Of a stretch of DNA of 64,000 nucleotides, positions 49,751 through 62,253 are shown one piece after another (position 1 is the first letter of the stretch; the number at the start of each line of letters is the position of its first letter). The translations under genes were made by a program, and so were the position numbers. The stretch spans positions 18,104,001-18,168,000 of the forward strand of contig NC_091291.1 in the NCBI RefSeq assembly GCF_032444005.1, written 5' to 3'. The notes beneath the pieces were generated by a model that did no database searches, had not been told where the DNA came from, and saw nothing but the letters and a program-made list of their open reading frames with translations. Source of the stretch: Ranitomeya imitator (Eukaryota).

Positions 49751-51503
49751 TCTATAATATAACGCTCCTTATGTCTCTATACACTGCGCTGAGCAGTGTG
49801 GCGCACTCAGAACGACACATCCAGAGGTGACGGAGGAGGACGAGCATGGAGGTGTGTGGCGCTGGAGATTGCGGTATGCGTAGGTGCTGACCACATACCG
49901 CGATCTCCGGCAAGGCTGGAGGAGGAGTGTGGTGCCGGAGTCAGCGCCTGCGCATAGTGCGATCTCTGGTTCCATTTTGTTAAAGACAAATTTGCACTCA
50001 TTGTCTTCAACAAAATGGCGCTGGATAGCACGGTACGCACACGCGCCGACTCCGGCGTCATTTTGTTTAAATGACAGATGACGCGCTGCAGGGGAGAGGG
50101 GGAAAGGTGAGTAGGAGTGTTTTTGTTTTTTGTATGTATGTATCTATGGATGGATGGATGGACCGACCAACAGCAATGCAGGCAGGATGGGGAGCATATA
50201 ATATGATGGGGAACCAGGATGTGGAACCAAGATGGAGGAGCATATACCAGGATGGGGGAGCATATATTTGGATGGAAAACAGGATGGAGCAGCATCTCTC
50301 AGGATAAGGATGCATATACCAGGATGGGGGAGCATATACCAAGATGGGGGAGCATACTGTATACTAGAATGGGGGATGCATATTCCAGGATGGGGAACCA
50401 GGAAGAAGGTGCATGCACCAGGATGCGGGACCAGAATGGGGGAGCATATTCCAGGATGGAGGAGCATATACTAGGATGGGGGACCAGGTTCGGGTGAATA
50501 TATCAGGATGCGGGAGCATATACCAGGATGGGTGACCATAATGGGGGACCAGATTCCAGGATGGGGGAACATGTTCCAGTATGGGAGAGCATATCCCAGG
50601 ATGGAGAACCAGGATGAAGGAGCATATACCAGAATGGGGGAGCATGTTCTATGATAGGGGTGCATATACCAGGATGGGGGAACATATACCAGTAAGGAGG
50701 AGCATATATCAGGATGGAGGAGCGCATACCAGGATGGGGGAGCACATACCCGGATGGGGGACCAGGTTGGTGTGCATATACCAGGATAGAGGAGCATATA
50801 CCAGGATGGGTTGTCATGATGAGGGAGCATATATCAGGATGGGGGACCTGGATGGGGTGCATATGTCAGGAAGGGGAGCATATACCAAGATGGGGGACCT
50901 GGATGGGGTGCATATGTCAGGATGAGGGAGCATATACCAGGATGGGGGACCTGGATGGGGTGCATATGCCAGGATGGGGGAAGCATATCCCAGGATGGGG
51001 GAGCATATTCCCCTCTGAGAATACAGAGCGGCCGCTGTAACCATGCCCCCAGCCCTGACTGACTGCCGGCCTCAATGTAGAGCCAGTGCCAGTCAGGGCC
51101 TGGGGAACGGTTACAGCAGCCAAACTATATATTCAAAGCACGGCCCACGCCTCCGTGACTGAAACTGAATGCTGGCGGGAGAATAAAATTCATTTTCTCC
51201 CAGATGCGCGGTATGCACACGCGCACCATTTTATTAATGTACAAGAACATCAACATAGCAGTGCGCATGCAACGCCCATCGCCATTATCAATAATGGCCG
51301 GCGTGTGTGCACTCACTGCATGTTGACATTGTAGTGCAATAAAATGGTGCCGGAGTCAGCACGTGCGCATACGGAGCCATCCGACACCATTGCATTGAAA
51401 TCACTGTATACATGAACTCGCAGACACAATTAAAACAAATCACATTGGAAATGAACCAACAAATATGCTCGCCACCCAGGCATAGAATGGGTTCATTAGC
51501 TAG
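49751..51503 (+). mobile_element. Candidate non-autonomous Helitron with an internal degenerate 20-22-bp repeat (50170-51005)
   Basis: Starts A|TC, ends CTAG|T with a short stem ACCCA...TGGGT just upstream; no TSD; internal (CCAGGATGGGGGAGCATATA)-like repeats. Confidence 0.45.
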
Positions 51504-51509
51504 TATATA

Positions 51510-52007
51510 CAGCTCTGGCAAAAATTAAGAGACCACTGCAAAATGTTCAGTTTGTCTGATTTTTCTCTTTATAGGTATATTTTGTTTTTTTTTAATTTTT
51601 CATTTATTCTATTAACTTTTAACACCATGTCTCTGAATTTCCAAGCAATAAATTTTGTAATTTTTTTTCTGAAAAGGAGAAGTGGTCAAAATTAAAAACA
51701 AAACTAAACAGGGCTTACAGACCTCAAATAATGCAAAGAAAACAAGTTCATAATCATTTAGAAACAACAATACTAATGTTTTTAACTCAGGAAGAGTTCA
51801 GCAATCAATATTTTATGGAATAACCATGATTTTTAATCGCAGATTTCATGCTTTCCACCAGTCTTTCACACTGTTTCTGGCGGTAAAATGTGACTATCCA
51901 TCATCCTCCTGATTACATTCCAAGGTTTTCCAATGGGTTCAGGTCTGGAGATTGGGCGGCCATGACAGGGTTTTGATGAGGTAGTCTCTTTATTTTTGCC
52001 AGAGCTG
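51510..52007. mobile_element. Tc1-derived non-autonomous element, 498 bp
   Basis: TIRs CAGCTCTGGCAAAAATTAAGAGAC / GTCTCTTTATTTTTGCCAGAGCTG, TA flanks; minus-strand remnant QSPDLNPLENL. Confidence 0.85.
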
Positions 52008-54429
52008 TATATAGCTCACTTTTTTTTAAACTTTTTTATTATTGTGTTTTTTTATGGTGTTATTTACAGTCTCAGAAAAAAAAGGTGTGATAGTTTTTAG
52101 TTTTCTTTTTTAAAAATATTCTTTATCTTTAATTTTTAACATTTTTTTTTTTTTATTAATGTCCCTAAGGGCTCTTGCAGAATGGAGAAGATGGAGACAA
52201 GATTTTCTCCATCTTCTCCACATTCATAGGACAAGGAACGATGGGTGTCAAACGGGACACTTTCCCCAATTTGCAACCTCTTAAGCATCTAACGGGGAAA
52301 ACCTCTATAAAATCTGAGGTAAATCTGAGGTAAAATATGATTTCTATGGCTGCCTTATTACGAATCAGCCGAGATCTGTAATGCGGCCTTTACAGATTTA
52401 AGAGCTTGATGTATGACTGTGGAAGCCATTGATGTTGTCATTTTAACTACCTCACACACGACAGAACAGAAGATGACAGGAAATTGTTGTTATAGGATCA
52501 TAACAAATTCTCGATTCCCTTATGGTGGATGATGAAGATGGAAATAGTTTTAAATCACACATTGTCATGGCTGTATGAGGTCCAGGTCAGAGAATAATGG
52601 TTACCTCAGACACCTCATTGCGCGCACCCTGTCTCCGGCAATAACAAAAGTGATGGCGACGTGTAAATCCAGTCTATATAAATAAGTCAATGTTATTTGA
52701 GAAGCGCTGACAGATCACACCGGCCCTATTGTTACGAGACAGAGTGCTGCTTCCTATGCGGCTGGAGAATTTACAGCATGTTATGGATTCACTTCATCTG
52801 AGGGAAACGCTAAACCTGACGGGCGACATTTTTTTAATACAAGCAATGTCTATAAAGCCTCTGACATATGTTAATATATGGCAGCAGTAGTAAGACTGGG
52901 GTACTAATCCAGACCCCTAAAACATTAGGTAGTAGGTTCATGTGCTGCTTTTTTTCCAGATATTTTTAACAGATTTGACCTCCCATAGAATTTAATGAAG
53001 AGAGTCAGGTAGTTGCGCTGCATCTGCCAGTCACAACAGCAGCTGCACCAGTCAAAACAAGGAATGGCAAACTAAAGCGTGGGAGGGTTAAAATTTCGAC
53101 TCCTGCTGTACATGTATGGTGGACATGCAAGCTCCATGTATGGAATTGTTATACAGCCGGTACTGCGAGAAGACCTAGCTTCAGTCCAACCTCTTAGATG
53201 CTGATGTCAATTGTGACAGAGAGCATCTAAGAGGTTGGAAATGGGGGAAGGTGTCTCCATTGACACTCATCAACATGATTGTATGGTGCCCAAGGGGTTG
53301 CCAAAGTGGCAGCTAATAAGGCCCAGTGGAGTTCTCCATGGCGGCCATGCTTGTTCATCCATAAGTTCCAGTCAATGGCATCAAAGGTGATGTAATACTA
53401 CAATATTACACCATGGTCCAAGTACCCAATGAAGACCAATAAAAAAGTACAAAAAAGGCATATATATAAGATATATATATATGTATATATACAGTATATA
53501 TATATATATATATATATATAGTATAAATATAAGATATAAATAACTAAAACAAATATATATTTTTTATTCTATAAAACTTCCTCTCACCATTCTTTTCCCA
53601 TAATGTAAAAAAATATCTAAAAACATTAAAGAAATTGCTTTTGTGCTATCGTATTGTGCGTAACTGTCCGAACTGATAAAATATCATATTAATCCTATAC
53701 ATTGAATTTTATTTTTTTTAAATGACTGAATCGCCCCAAAAATTAAAATAAAACGTGATCAGAAAAATCCTGTGGAACCCAAAAGGGTAACGCTAAATGA
53801 CATAATATTGTTGCACTTGTGGTAATTTCCGTCCGGCGCTACAATAGTATCAGTGTATCATGCAGACAGCTGTATATCATGGCCCGGTCGGTAACTGAAC
53901 ACCCATGGAGGACACCTGATATAGCCCATGGCTCGTCTTCTCGGGATGTGGCCAGCATGCACTGGGAAGATCTCACTGCTTTGTGTCGGGCTGTCACTTA
54001 CAGTAGCCGAGGCCATTTTCTATCGGTTATAGCCACAGTTCCCGTCTTTTTAGCATGTGAGCCATGTGGCTGTGGAGAGATGGAGACATCGGGACTAGAG
54101 GCCTTACCCTTTATGGCCCTTTAATGCAGCAGAGCCCGGCGCAGAAGCGGAGCAAGTGACATTGGAATGGCCGCTCATGATGACAAAGGTGCGTAGATAT
54201 TTCTGTCAGCCCCCGGAAGGTCCCGATCCCACTGCCAAACTAAAGTGGCCAAGGATGCATAAAAAGGCTTTTGCACTTCTGTGCCAAAATTTGTGACTCT
54301 TTTTTTACGCTACGGCCCTGGATATGAAGCCCCCAAAAAGTGCCGGGATAAGGGCAGTGCTGTGTCCGTGTTACATGAGGGACCCCGTGTCACCTCCATT
54401 CACGTCATTCATTTTGTACTATTTTCCAG

Positions 54430-57400
54430 GTATCGAAAAGAATCTCCATATTTGATATTTTCCCAGAAGACGTCAGCGCACAGGTAAGAAGCATGAGATG
54501 GAAAAGGTTGGGTGAGAAACATGTCACAGCTTACTGACATTGAATGTTGTGGATGTAACCAAAGCGCAAGCTGCCGTAAATGTCATCTGTACAACTACAT
54601 GGACCTGTGCAAAAGTTGTCACATATTTTGTAAAACCCTTTTATAACTAGATAGATACACAGTATTACTGTTACCTGTATAATATTCACTTATCTGCCGC
54701 AGCAGTCATTATGTACATCCATTATTAATTCTGTACTGATCTTGTATTATACTCCAGAGCTGCACTCACTATTCTGCTGCTGCAGTCACTGTGTACATAC
54801 ATTACATTACTGATCCTGAGTTACATCCTGTATTATACCCCAGAGCTGCACTCACTATTCTGCTGGTGCAGTCACTGTGTGCATACATTACATTACTGAT
54901 CCTGAGTTACATCCTGTATTATACCCCAGAGCTGCACACACTATTCTGCTGGTGCAGTCACTGTGTACATACATTACATTACTGATCCTGAGTTACATCC
55001 TGTATTATACTCCAGAGCTGCACTCACTATTCTGCTGGTGCAGTCACTGTGTACATACATTACATTACTGATCCTGAGTTACATCCTGTATTATACCCCA
55101 GAGCTGCACTCACTATTCTGCTGGTGCAGTCACTGTGTACATACATTACATTACTGATCCTGAGTTACCTCCTGTATTGTACTCCAGAGCTGCACTCACT
55201 ATTCTGCTGGTGCAGTCACTGTGTACATACATTACATTACTGATCCTGAGTTACATCCTGTATTATACTCCAGAGCTGCACTCACTATTCTGCTGGTGCA
55301 GTCACTGTGTACATACATTACATTACTGATCCTGAGTTACATCCTGTATTATACCCCAGAGCTGCACTCACTATTCTGCTGGTGCAGTCACTGTGTGCAT
55401 ACATTACATTACTGATCCTGAGTTACATCCTGTATTATACCCCAGAGCTGCACACACTATTCTGCTGGTGCAGTCACTGTGTACATACATTACATTACTG
55501 ATCCTGAGTTACATCCTGTATTATACTCCAGAGCTGCACTCACTATTCTGCTGGTGCAGTCACTGTGTACATACATTACATTACTGATCCTGAGTTACAT
55601 CCTGTATTATACTCCAGAGCTGCACTCACTATTCTGCTGGTGCAGTCACTGTGTACATACATTACTGATCCTGAGTTACATCCTGTATTATACTCCAGAG
55701 CTGCACTCACTATTCTGCTGGTGCAGTCACTGTGTACATGCATTACATTACTGATCCTGTACTGATCCTGATTTACAGGATCAGTAATGTAATGCATGTA
55801 CACAGTGACTGCACCAGCAGAATAGTGAGTGCAGCTCTGGAGAATAATACTGGATGCATGCAAAAATCAAGATTAAAAAATGAGTTTATATAAAGATTGA
55901 ATGGCTGTTTGTCTGTATTTGCCAGTAATTTATAGCTTTTTTTTTTCTGGTATCGATATTATCTGTTAAAGGCTAAATAACCATTTATGGTAAATCCCAT
56001 GAATTCCTTATTTTTGTTTGTGTGAAGTCCGTGTGTGGATTTCCCCTGAGCTGTGGGGCTAAACACGCCATCACCACAACCAATTCCTTAGTGAGTGGTA
56101 GTTTCCACACGTCATATTTTGCTCTTTACCGTTTTTGTCTTTTTTTTAACATTTTCAGGATGTGATTCCCTCAAGTTTCGGAGAAGAAGCGTCAGTGGAG
56201 GCCGGTACAGTACAGGTGGGGGATGAGGCCGCCATCATCATCTCCGCACTGACTGATCTGCGGAATCAGAGTGAGAGGACAGCGGGGCACTGCGCGGGGT
56301 TGGTGGGAGATTTGGGGCGTCGGTGGATGGGCTCCGGGTGACTCAGGTGGTATAGAGCGTCTTGCCTTAAGCTTAGTAAATGCACTGCATGTTTCAGAAT
56401 ATCCTGGGCCCTCCTTGCCCAATACATCGTAATACCTGCCCTTGTTTGCCTGGTGCTGGCGCCGCCCTGGTGACAGTAAATGGAATAACACCTGTTATTT
56501 TTTTTTCCCCCCCGGTGTAGATGTTCCTGGATCTGAGGCTTTGTGCAGTTTGGAGGAGAAATCGCCCCTGTGCTCCCTGCATCGTGTGTCCAGAATTCTC
56601 GTCCACGTCTCCGTCATCCTGTCTATTGCCGCAGCATCTTTGTCCGTCCTTCTCATCTGTAAGTAAGAGAAATGCTGATAACAGACAGGGGCGCACGTAC
56701 AATTGGGGGAGGCTAAGAAGATATCAGAACGATAAAAGGTGGCGGCTTTAAGGCGGCTTTGGCGTTGCCGCCCAGTCAAAATTCGCTTGGTGTCACTGCA
56801 TCGCACCGCCATACAAGTGAATGGGATCCTGAGAGCTAACAGTAATCCAGCAGAGTTTCTAGGAGCGTTATTAAATAGCAGAGCAATAAAGTTTTTATAT
56901 TTTGCACTGAAATCTCCTCTTCGCTCACTAACTGGCGGTGCTGGCATTTTCCGCAGTGCAGTATTTTTATCATCCTGCGGCGCAGCGAGCCTGTCCTGAC
57001 TATTTGGAGGCCTGCGCTCCCTCCGTAAACTGTTCTCATGCAGACGGTGCCAACCTCTGCCCACCCAGCAGACAGCCAAGCAATCGGACCCTGGCCGGCG
57101 GTGAGGACGGGGTGTGATGTTTGCATGCACGACCGTCGCCGTGTGCCTATTCCCAAAGAATGTGTCCTCCGTTCACATCCAAAGCTGCATCTTTATTGGT
57201 CACCTGGTCCGTGAACAATGGTGCAATATTTTGTTACTGGACCAGCAAAAAGTATCTAGGACAGCCGGAGTCCTCAATCTGAAACTATGACGCCCAGCGT
57301 GGCATAACAGCAGCCTCCTGGTGGGGTTGTAGTTTAAAAAGAGCTGGAGTGACTCGGGTTGTTGTAAAATGTAAAGCACGGTAGCTTAAAATCGTGATTT

Positions 57401-60400
57401 CATATATCATGATTAGTTGGGGGTCCGGTCTTTGAGATCTCACAACCAGTCCTAAAACTAAAGAATTGAGCCCACTTTTAATTTTTCCCTCCAGAGCTGT
57501 GCTCCGGGCACCCATCTGCGCAGGGTGACGCAGCGCTATCCCATGTTTTTGCCGTGCGGTGAACTTGGGATTACTGGGTTGGATTCCCCCCCCTCCTTAA
57601 TCCCTTTAAAAAGAATGTTGGATGCAGCTTTGGGTGTGATTAGTGTAGAGCACATCAAACGGATGCCTTTTTTTTGTGTGTGTGTGTGTTTCTCAATCTG
57701 GAGAGTGGCGAGACATTGTAGGGCAGATATTGACTTTTCGGACTGCGAACTCCCAGTTGGTGGCGCTAGAGTTCCCATCTGTAGAGGTCACCGTAAACTT
57801 TGGGCCGCCACATTGAGGATGTGATTGCGTCCAGTGATTATGGTGTCATCTGCTCGTGTTATCAGAGTACAGGAATCCGGTCCTGCTGCTGACGGGCCGC
57901 TCGCTGCTCCAGGTCTACAGTGCGAACAGCGGGAGGTACCACACCGTGTGTCACCAGGGCTGGACGCCCTCCCACGGCTGGACAGTGTGCAGAGAACTGG
58001 GGTTCAATAGGTAATAAAGGGGCGCTGTGCCTCCTCTTCTGCTCTGTCGTACTTTGCCTTTTAGCCGCGCCTTCTTCTTTACGACTCCTAACTCAATAAC
58101 CCCCTACACCACTTTTTTTGGCACTGATTCATCTAGAATGGCGTTTTGTGCACTGGCCTTGCTCCGGGGGGCGCTAGGGAGTAAGATGGGCCAATTGTAT
58201 GTTGGACGCTCCCCTGCCACTGAGCTCTGCTGAGTTTTCAAAAACGCCCCAAAATTTTACCAAAATTTTCCAACATTTCGAAAAGATTTACGCCTCATTT
58301 CTGGTCTGAAAATGCTGCGGATCTACAACCAGTCATAATAGTTGTAGATTGGAACTTCCCTGTAAGATGGCGTTTATACTGACCCTCCACCTGTCCACCT
58401 ATGGGGACAGTTTTTTTTTTACGTAAAGGGATTTCTCAAATCTTCATCGGAGGGTATTATCGGATAGAGCTTGTAAATACGAGCAATTTTGTAATTTACT
58501 GCTTATTAAAATTCTCAGCCGTTCTTTAGATATTAACACTTTTCTTTTGTGTATTTCTAGTTGCCTTAGAGACCGACCACCGCTGCTAGACAGCAAAACA
58601 TGTTCAGTGCTTACAAGCTCATTTCTATTGAGATTGTAATCACTGGTTTGAAGCCGGACGGTATCTCTGGAGCGTGCTGTTTTCTCCTAATCCCGGACCA
58701 GCTCCAGCGCAGTGCTTACATGCCAGATGGCAGCGGTGGTCGGTTGCCTAGGCAATGAGCTGTAAACGAATAGAAAAGTGTTAATATCTCAAGAACGGTT
58801 GCAAATTTTAACAAGCAGTAAATTACAAAAGTGCTCGTTTTCACCAGCGCTACCCCACAATATCCGTCCCTGAACATAGGAATGATCCCTGTAAAGGCAG
58901 GTATCGTGTTTACGCCATCTGTCGCTGGCTGCAGAATGAGCTAACTGAGACTTCTTCAGTTGATCGTTTTTAACTCTTTCGTGTCTTCTCCTGAGCTGAT
59001 TCTTGACCATGTAGTTGAATATGCAGGAAAATAAAGAGCCTAAAAAAGCCAAAAGGTGCGACATTTTTAACGAGACCCAATTGAAAAAAAATTATACAGC
59101 GGACGACCCCTTAACCCTTCACGACCTGAGTGCCTGTCTCCATTCATCTCGTGGTTTAGCTTCCTATTTGGCTCTTACTTTTAACCTCTTTCCAATTAAT
59201 TATCTTCACTGGCACAGCTTCCATAATAACCCAATAATCGGCTTCTCCTGTTTCCCCCTTTACCAGCCACACAGTATTGTCATCGCCGCTGCCTCTCGGT
59301 GACACAGAGCCCGGCTGCCTGGAGTCCTTTGCCGTGATCAATAAAACCAGCGGATCTCAGAGTAACCTGGATGGATTCCTAAATCCTGTGTAAGTCATAT
59401 ACCCAGACACCAGGGGGCGCTCTATTTCTAAAAAGCTGTAACTGGGGTGTGTTCAGGAAAGACTTTATGTAACCATGCTGTTTTCAGACTGTCATACATC
59501 TTCCCCCATCACTTGTGGGTGATTTTATTGAGAAAGTGGAAGGAACCGTTGCCGTATATCACCAAGCACAATGCCAAGCGTCGGATCGAGTGGTGTAAAG
59601 CCGCCACTACTGTACTCTTTTCTGTGCAGTGACGCATTACTTTTTTTTTTTGCAGAGAGAAGTGTCCAAATGAAGAAGGCGTATCTCTACACTGCACAGG
59701 TGAGAAGGGAATAAAAAAAGAATCTCAGACATCAGTACTGGGGCAAAGGGTAATCAGGGGTGGTAGCGGAGCAGTGGAGTTTCATTGCGGATTTCAATCT
59801 TGAAATCACCCGTGAAATCCATGACCAATGCAGTATAGTTTCTGACCACTAGGTGGAGATGTAGAATTGATAGACTAGTGGTCACTGTCAGATCTTCACC
59901 AGCCACCACCCAAATCCTGGGGTCTGTCCTCAGTAGATTTCACTATCAGATCTGCACCAGCCACCGCCCAATTCCTGGGGTCTGTCCTCAGTAGACTTCA
60001 CCTTTTGATTTACAATTTACTTTGAAATCTAAGATGAAAATCATGTCCATGAAAATTACAGATGGACACAGGTGTCCCCAAGTCCATTGTGCTCCATTAA
60101 AGGGTCATTCAAATCTTCATATATCAGTAGCGTTGGATAGAGCTTGTAAAAACAAGCACTTTTCCAATTTACTGCTTTTTAAAATTTGAAGCCGTTCTTG
60201 AGATATTACCACTTTTCTATTGTTTACAGCTGGTTGCCTAGGCGACCGACCACCGCTGCCGTCTAGTTTGTAAGCGCTGTACTGAACCTGTCCGAGATCA
60301 GGAGGTAACTGTGTGAGTTTGCTCCAGAGATCCTGGACAGCTTCAATAGAAGTTGACAAGCTCAATAGCTTGTGAGGATTGTGTGTGTTCTGCTGTCTAG

Positions 60401-62064
60401 CAGCGGTGGTCGGTCCCCAAGGCAACGAACTGTAAACAAAAGAAAAGTGTTAATATCTCAAGAACGGGTGAAAATTTTAGTAAGCAGTAAATTGCAAAAT
60501 TGCTCGTATTTGCAAGAACTATCCAACAATATCCGTCTATGAAGATGGAAAATAACCCTTTATCCTCTTTTTACATGTGATTTTACGCTTAGGCATTTTT
60601 AACTCCTTAAAGTCCAGGCCTATTTTTTTTCCATCTAAGCAGCTGTATGTGTAAGTGTTGCAAAAACGATTGCAATATGACACTGACAGGCAGCCTATTA
60701 GATCCTGCTTCTGGCAGCAACTTATGTGCATTGGTTTATGGCAAAGCAGGAAGCCATTGTTATGCTATGGGAGTAAAGAGCTGACAGATGGAGAAATCTC
60801 CCTCTGTCAAACTCCTCAAAATCCACTTTCGCTGGTGAAAGCGGCACATAAGAAGTTAAACACAGCAAACACTATTCAGCCTTTACGATTTCATCAGAGC
60901 AGACGTCTGCTCTGACCGATTATTGATGAACTGCAGCCGGTCAGCAGACACTGATCGGCTGCAGCGGTCACCTGACACGACATTTCCAGGCATAGCACTG
61001 CCGACATCTCTGGAATGACACCACTGCAGAAGGTGAGTATCCATTGTTTTTCTCTTCTATGTGGCCTTGAATTGAGCAAACAGGGGTTGTCCAGTGGTGG
61101 ACAACGAATTAATCAGCACAAAATTATCTTATACACATGAATAAATTAATTTTTAGGTGTACTGTCCCTTTAATACCCCAAGATTGCTATCATCATTATG
61201 ATCGTGAGACATGCACAGCTCTTGGTAACACATTGAGATTAGTTTAGCAACTTGCGAGAAGAAAACACCTCCTAATAGATCATAACCAGAAGGGATGAAT
61301 AATTCATGGAGGACGACCTCAATCTCTGGAATCTGTGTTTATTCGGAACGCATTAGATCCTGAATTTTTGTTTATAGGAAGCGGACAACCTGCAAATAAC
61401 GGGAATTAGGGGATAGAGACATTCTAGGCGTTTTGATTGGTGGGATTTCCAGATATCGAGACCCCACAATCACTAAAACGGTCTCGAAAATGCCGATTTC
61501 CTACGAGCTGACCAAAATAGTCGAGAACCCTTCTTCAGTCTTTTAGGCTGATTGCACCTTCCTTTTTAGTGATGAGATGGACAAATGTTGTACTTGGTGT
61601 TTGGCTTTCACTGTCCCTTTCGTCTAACCTATTTGTGTAGACTGCGGTCGTTCTTCTGCTGAAAGTCAGCGTATAGTTGGAGGATCTCCATCAGCTTGGG
61701 GACGTTGGCCATGGCAGGTTAGCCTGCGTTGGGATGGACGGCACGTGTGCGGAGGGTCTATCATTTCATCCCAATGGGTGATGAGCGCAGCCCACTGCTT
61801 TGTCCTGTGAGTAGTCGGCTCATCTATGTGGAGATGTGAGGTGGAGCCTTCTCTACTTCTCTATACTGATGGAGTATGATATCATATCTCACAGGTCCAA
61901 CTTCCTCACCGTGGCAAGGTGGAAGGTCCATGCTGGTTCTGCTTCCCTCAACCCATCAACCTCTCACTCGATCCGGAGTATCTACTACAATGGGCTGTAC
62001 AACCCTGAAACCAATGACTACGATGTCGCTCTGCTTAAAACTAGTCAACCCATGGTCTTTTCTG
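54430..62064 (+). CDS. Type II transmembrane serine protease, hepsin/TMPRSS5-like (TM-SRCR-trypsin), partial
   Basis: Exons 54430-54483 (less certain), 56159-56270, 56521-56658 ([23 protein letters not shown]), 57044-57100, 57866-58010 (SRCR LLQVYS...VCHQGW...VCRELGF), 59267-59389, 59656-59699, 61641-61806 (DCG...SQR|IVGG...WPWQVSL...AAHC), 61895-62064 (NDYDVALL). Phases are continuous. Start codon not located; catalytic Ser exon lies beyond the window. Confidence 0.9.
54734..55850 (+). repeat. 86-bp satellite array 4 (about 12 monomers plus terminal inverted copy)
   Basis: Same unit; in the intron between protease exons 54483 and 56159. Confidence 0.96.
58427..58890. mobile_element. Palindromic MITE, T2/Kolobok-like (AGGG...CCCT, degenerate TTAA flanks), copy 1
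   Basis: Long internal inverted arms (GATATTAACACTTTTCT / AGAAAAGTGTTAATATC; GACCGACCACCGCTGC / GCAGCGGTGGTCGGT). Confidence 0.7.
60101..60559. mobile_element. Same palindromic MITE family, copy 2
   Basis: TTAA|AGGG ... CCCT|TTAT; arms homologous to copy 1. Confidence 0.75.
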
Positions 62065-62253
62065 GTGAGTTCAAGTCCTGCTGTGGTTAATAATTTTAAT
62101 TAAATATGTAGAGAAACAAGAATGCTTTCTTCCAAAAATTGTGCCACATCTGTCCACAGGTTGTATTACTTCCTGTCAACTATTTTACCTCACTTTCCAC
62201 AGAAATTTTTCCATTTTTGGTGCTTAGCATGTCTGGTCTCCTATTATTGACCA

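Noticed and set aside
50071-51123. Cluster of 76-119-aa Pro/His/Gly-rich ORFs
   Set aside because: Arise from the degenerate 20-22-bp repeat.
60895-61038. 20-bp perfect palindrome, small hairpin and strong donor AAG|GTGAGT suggesting a cryptic exon
   Set aside because: Candidate acceptor is weak, the frame hits a stop early and the hairpins look like MITE debris; unsupported without RNA data.
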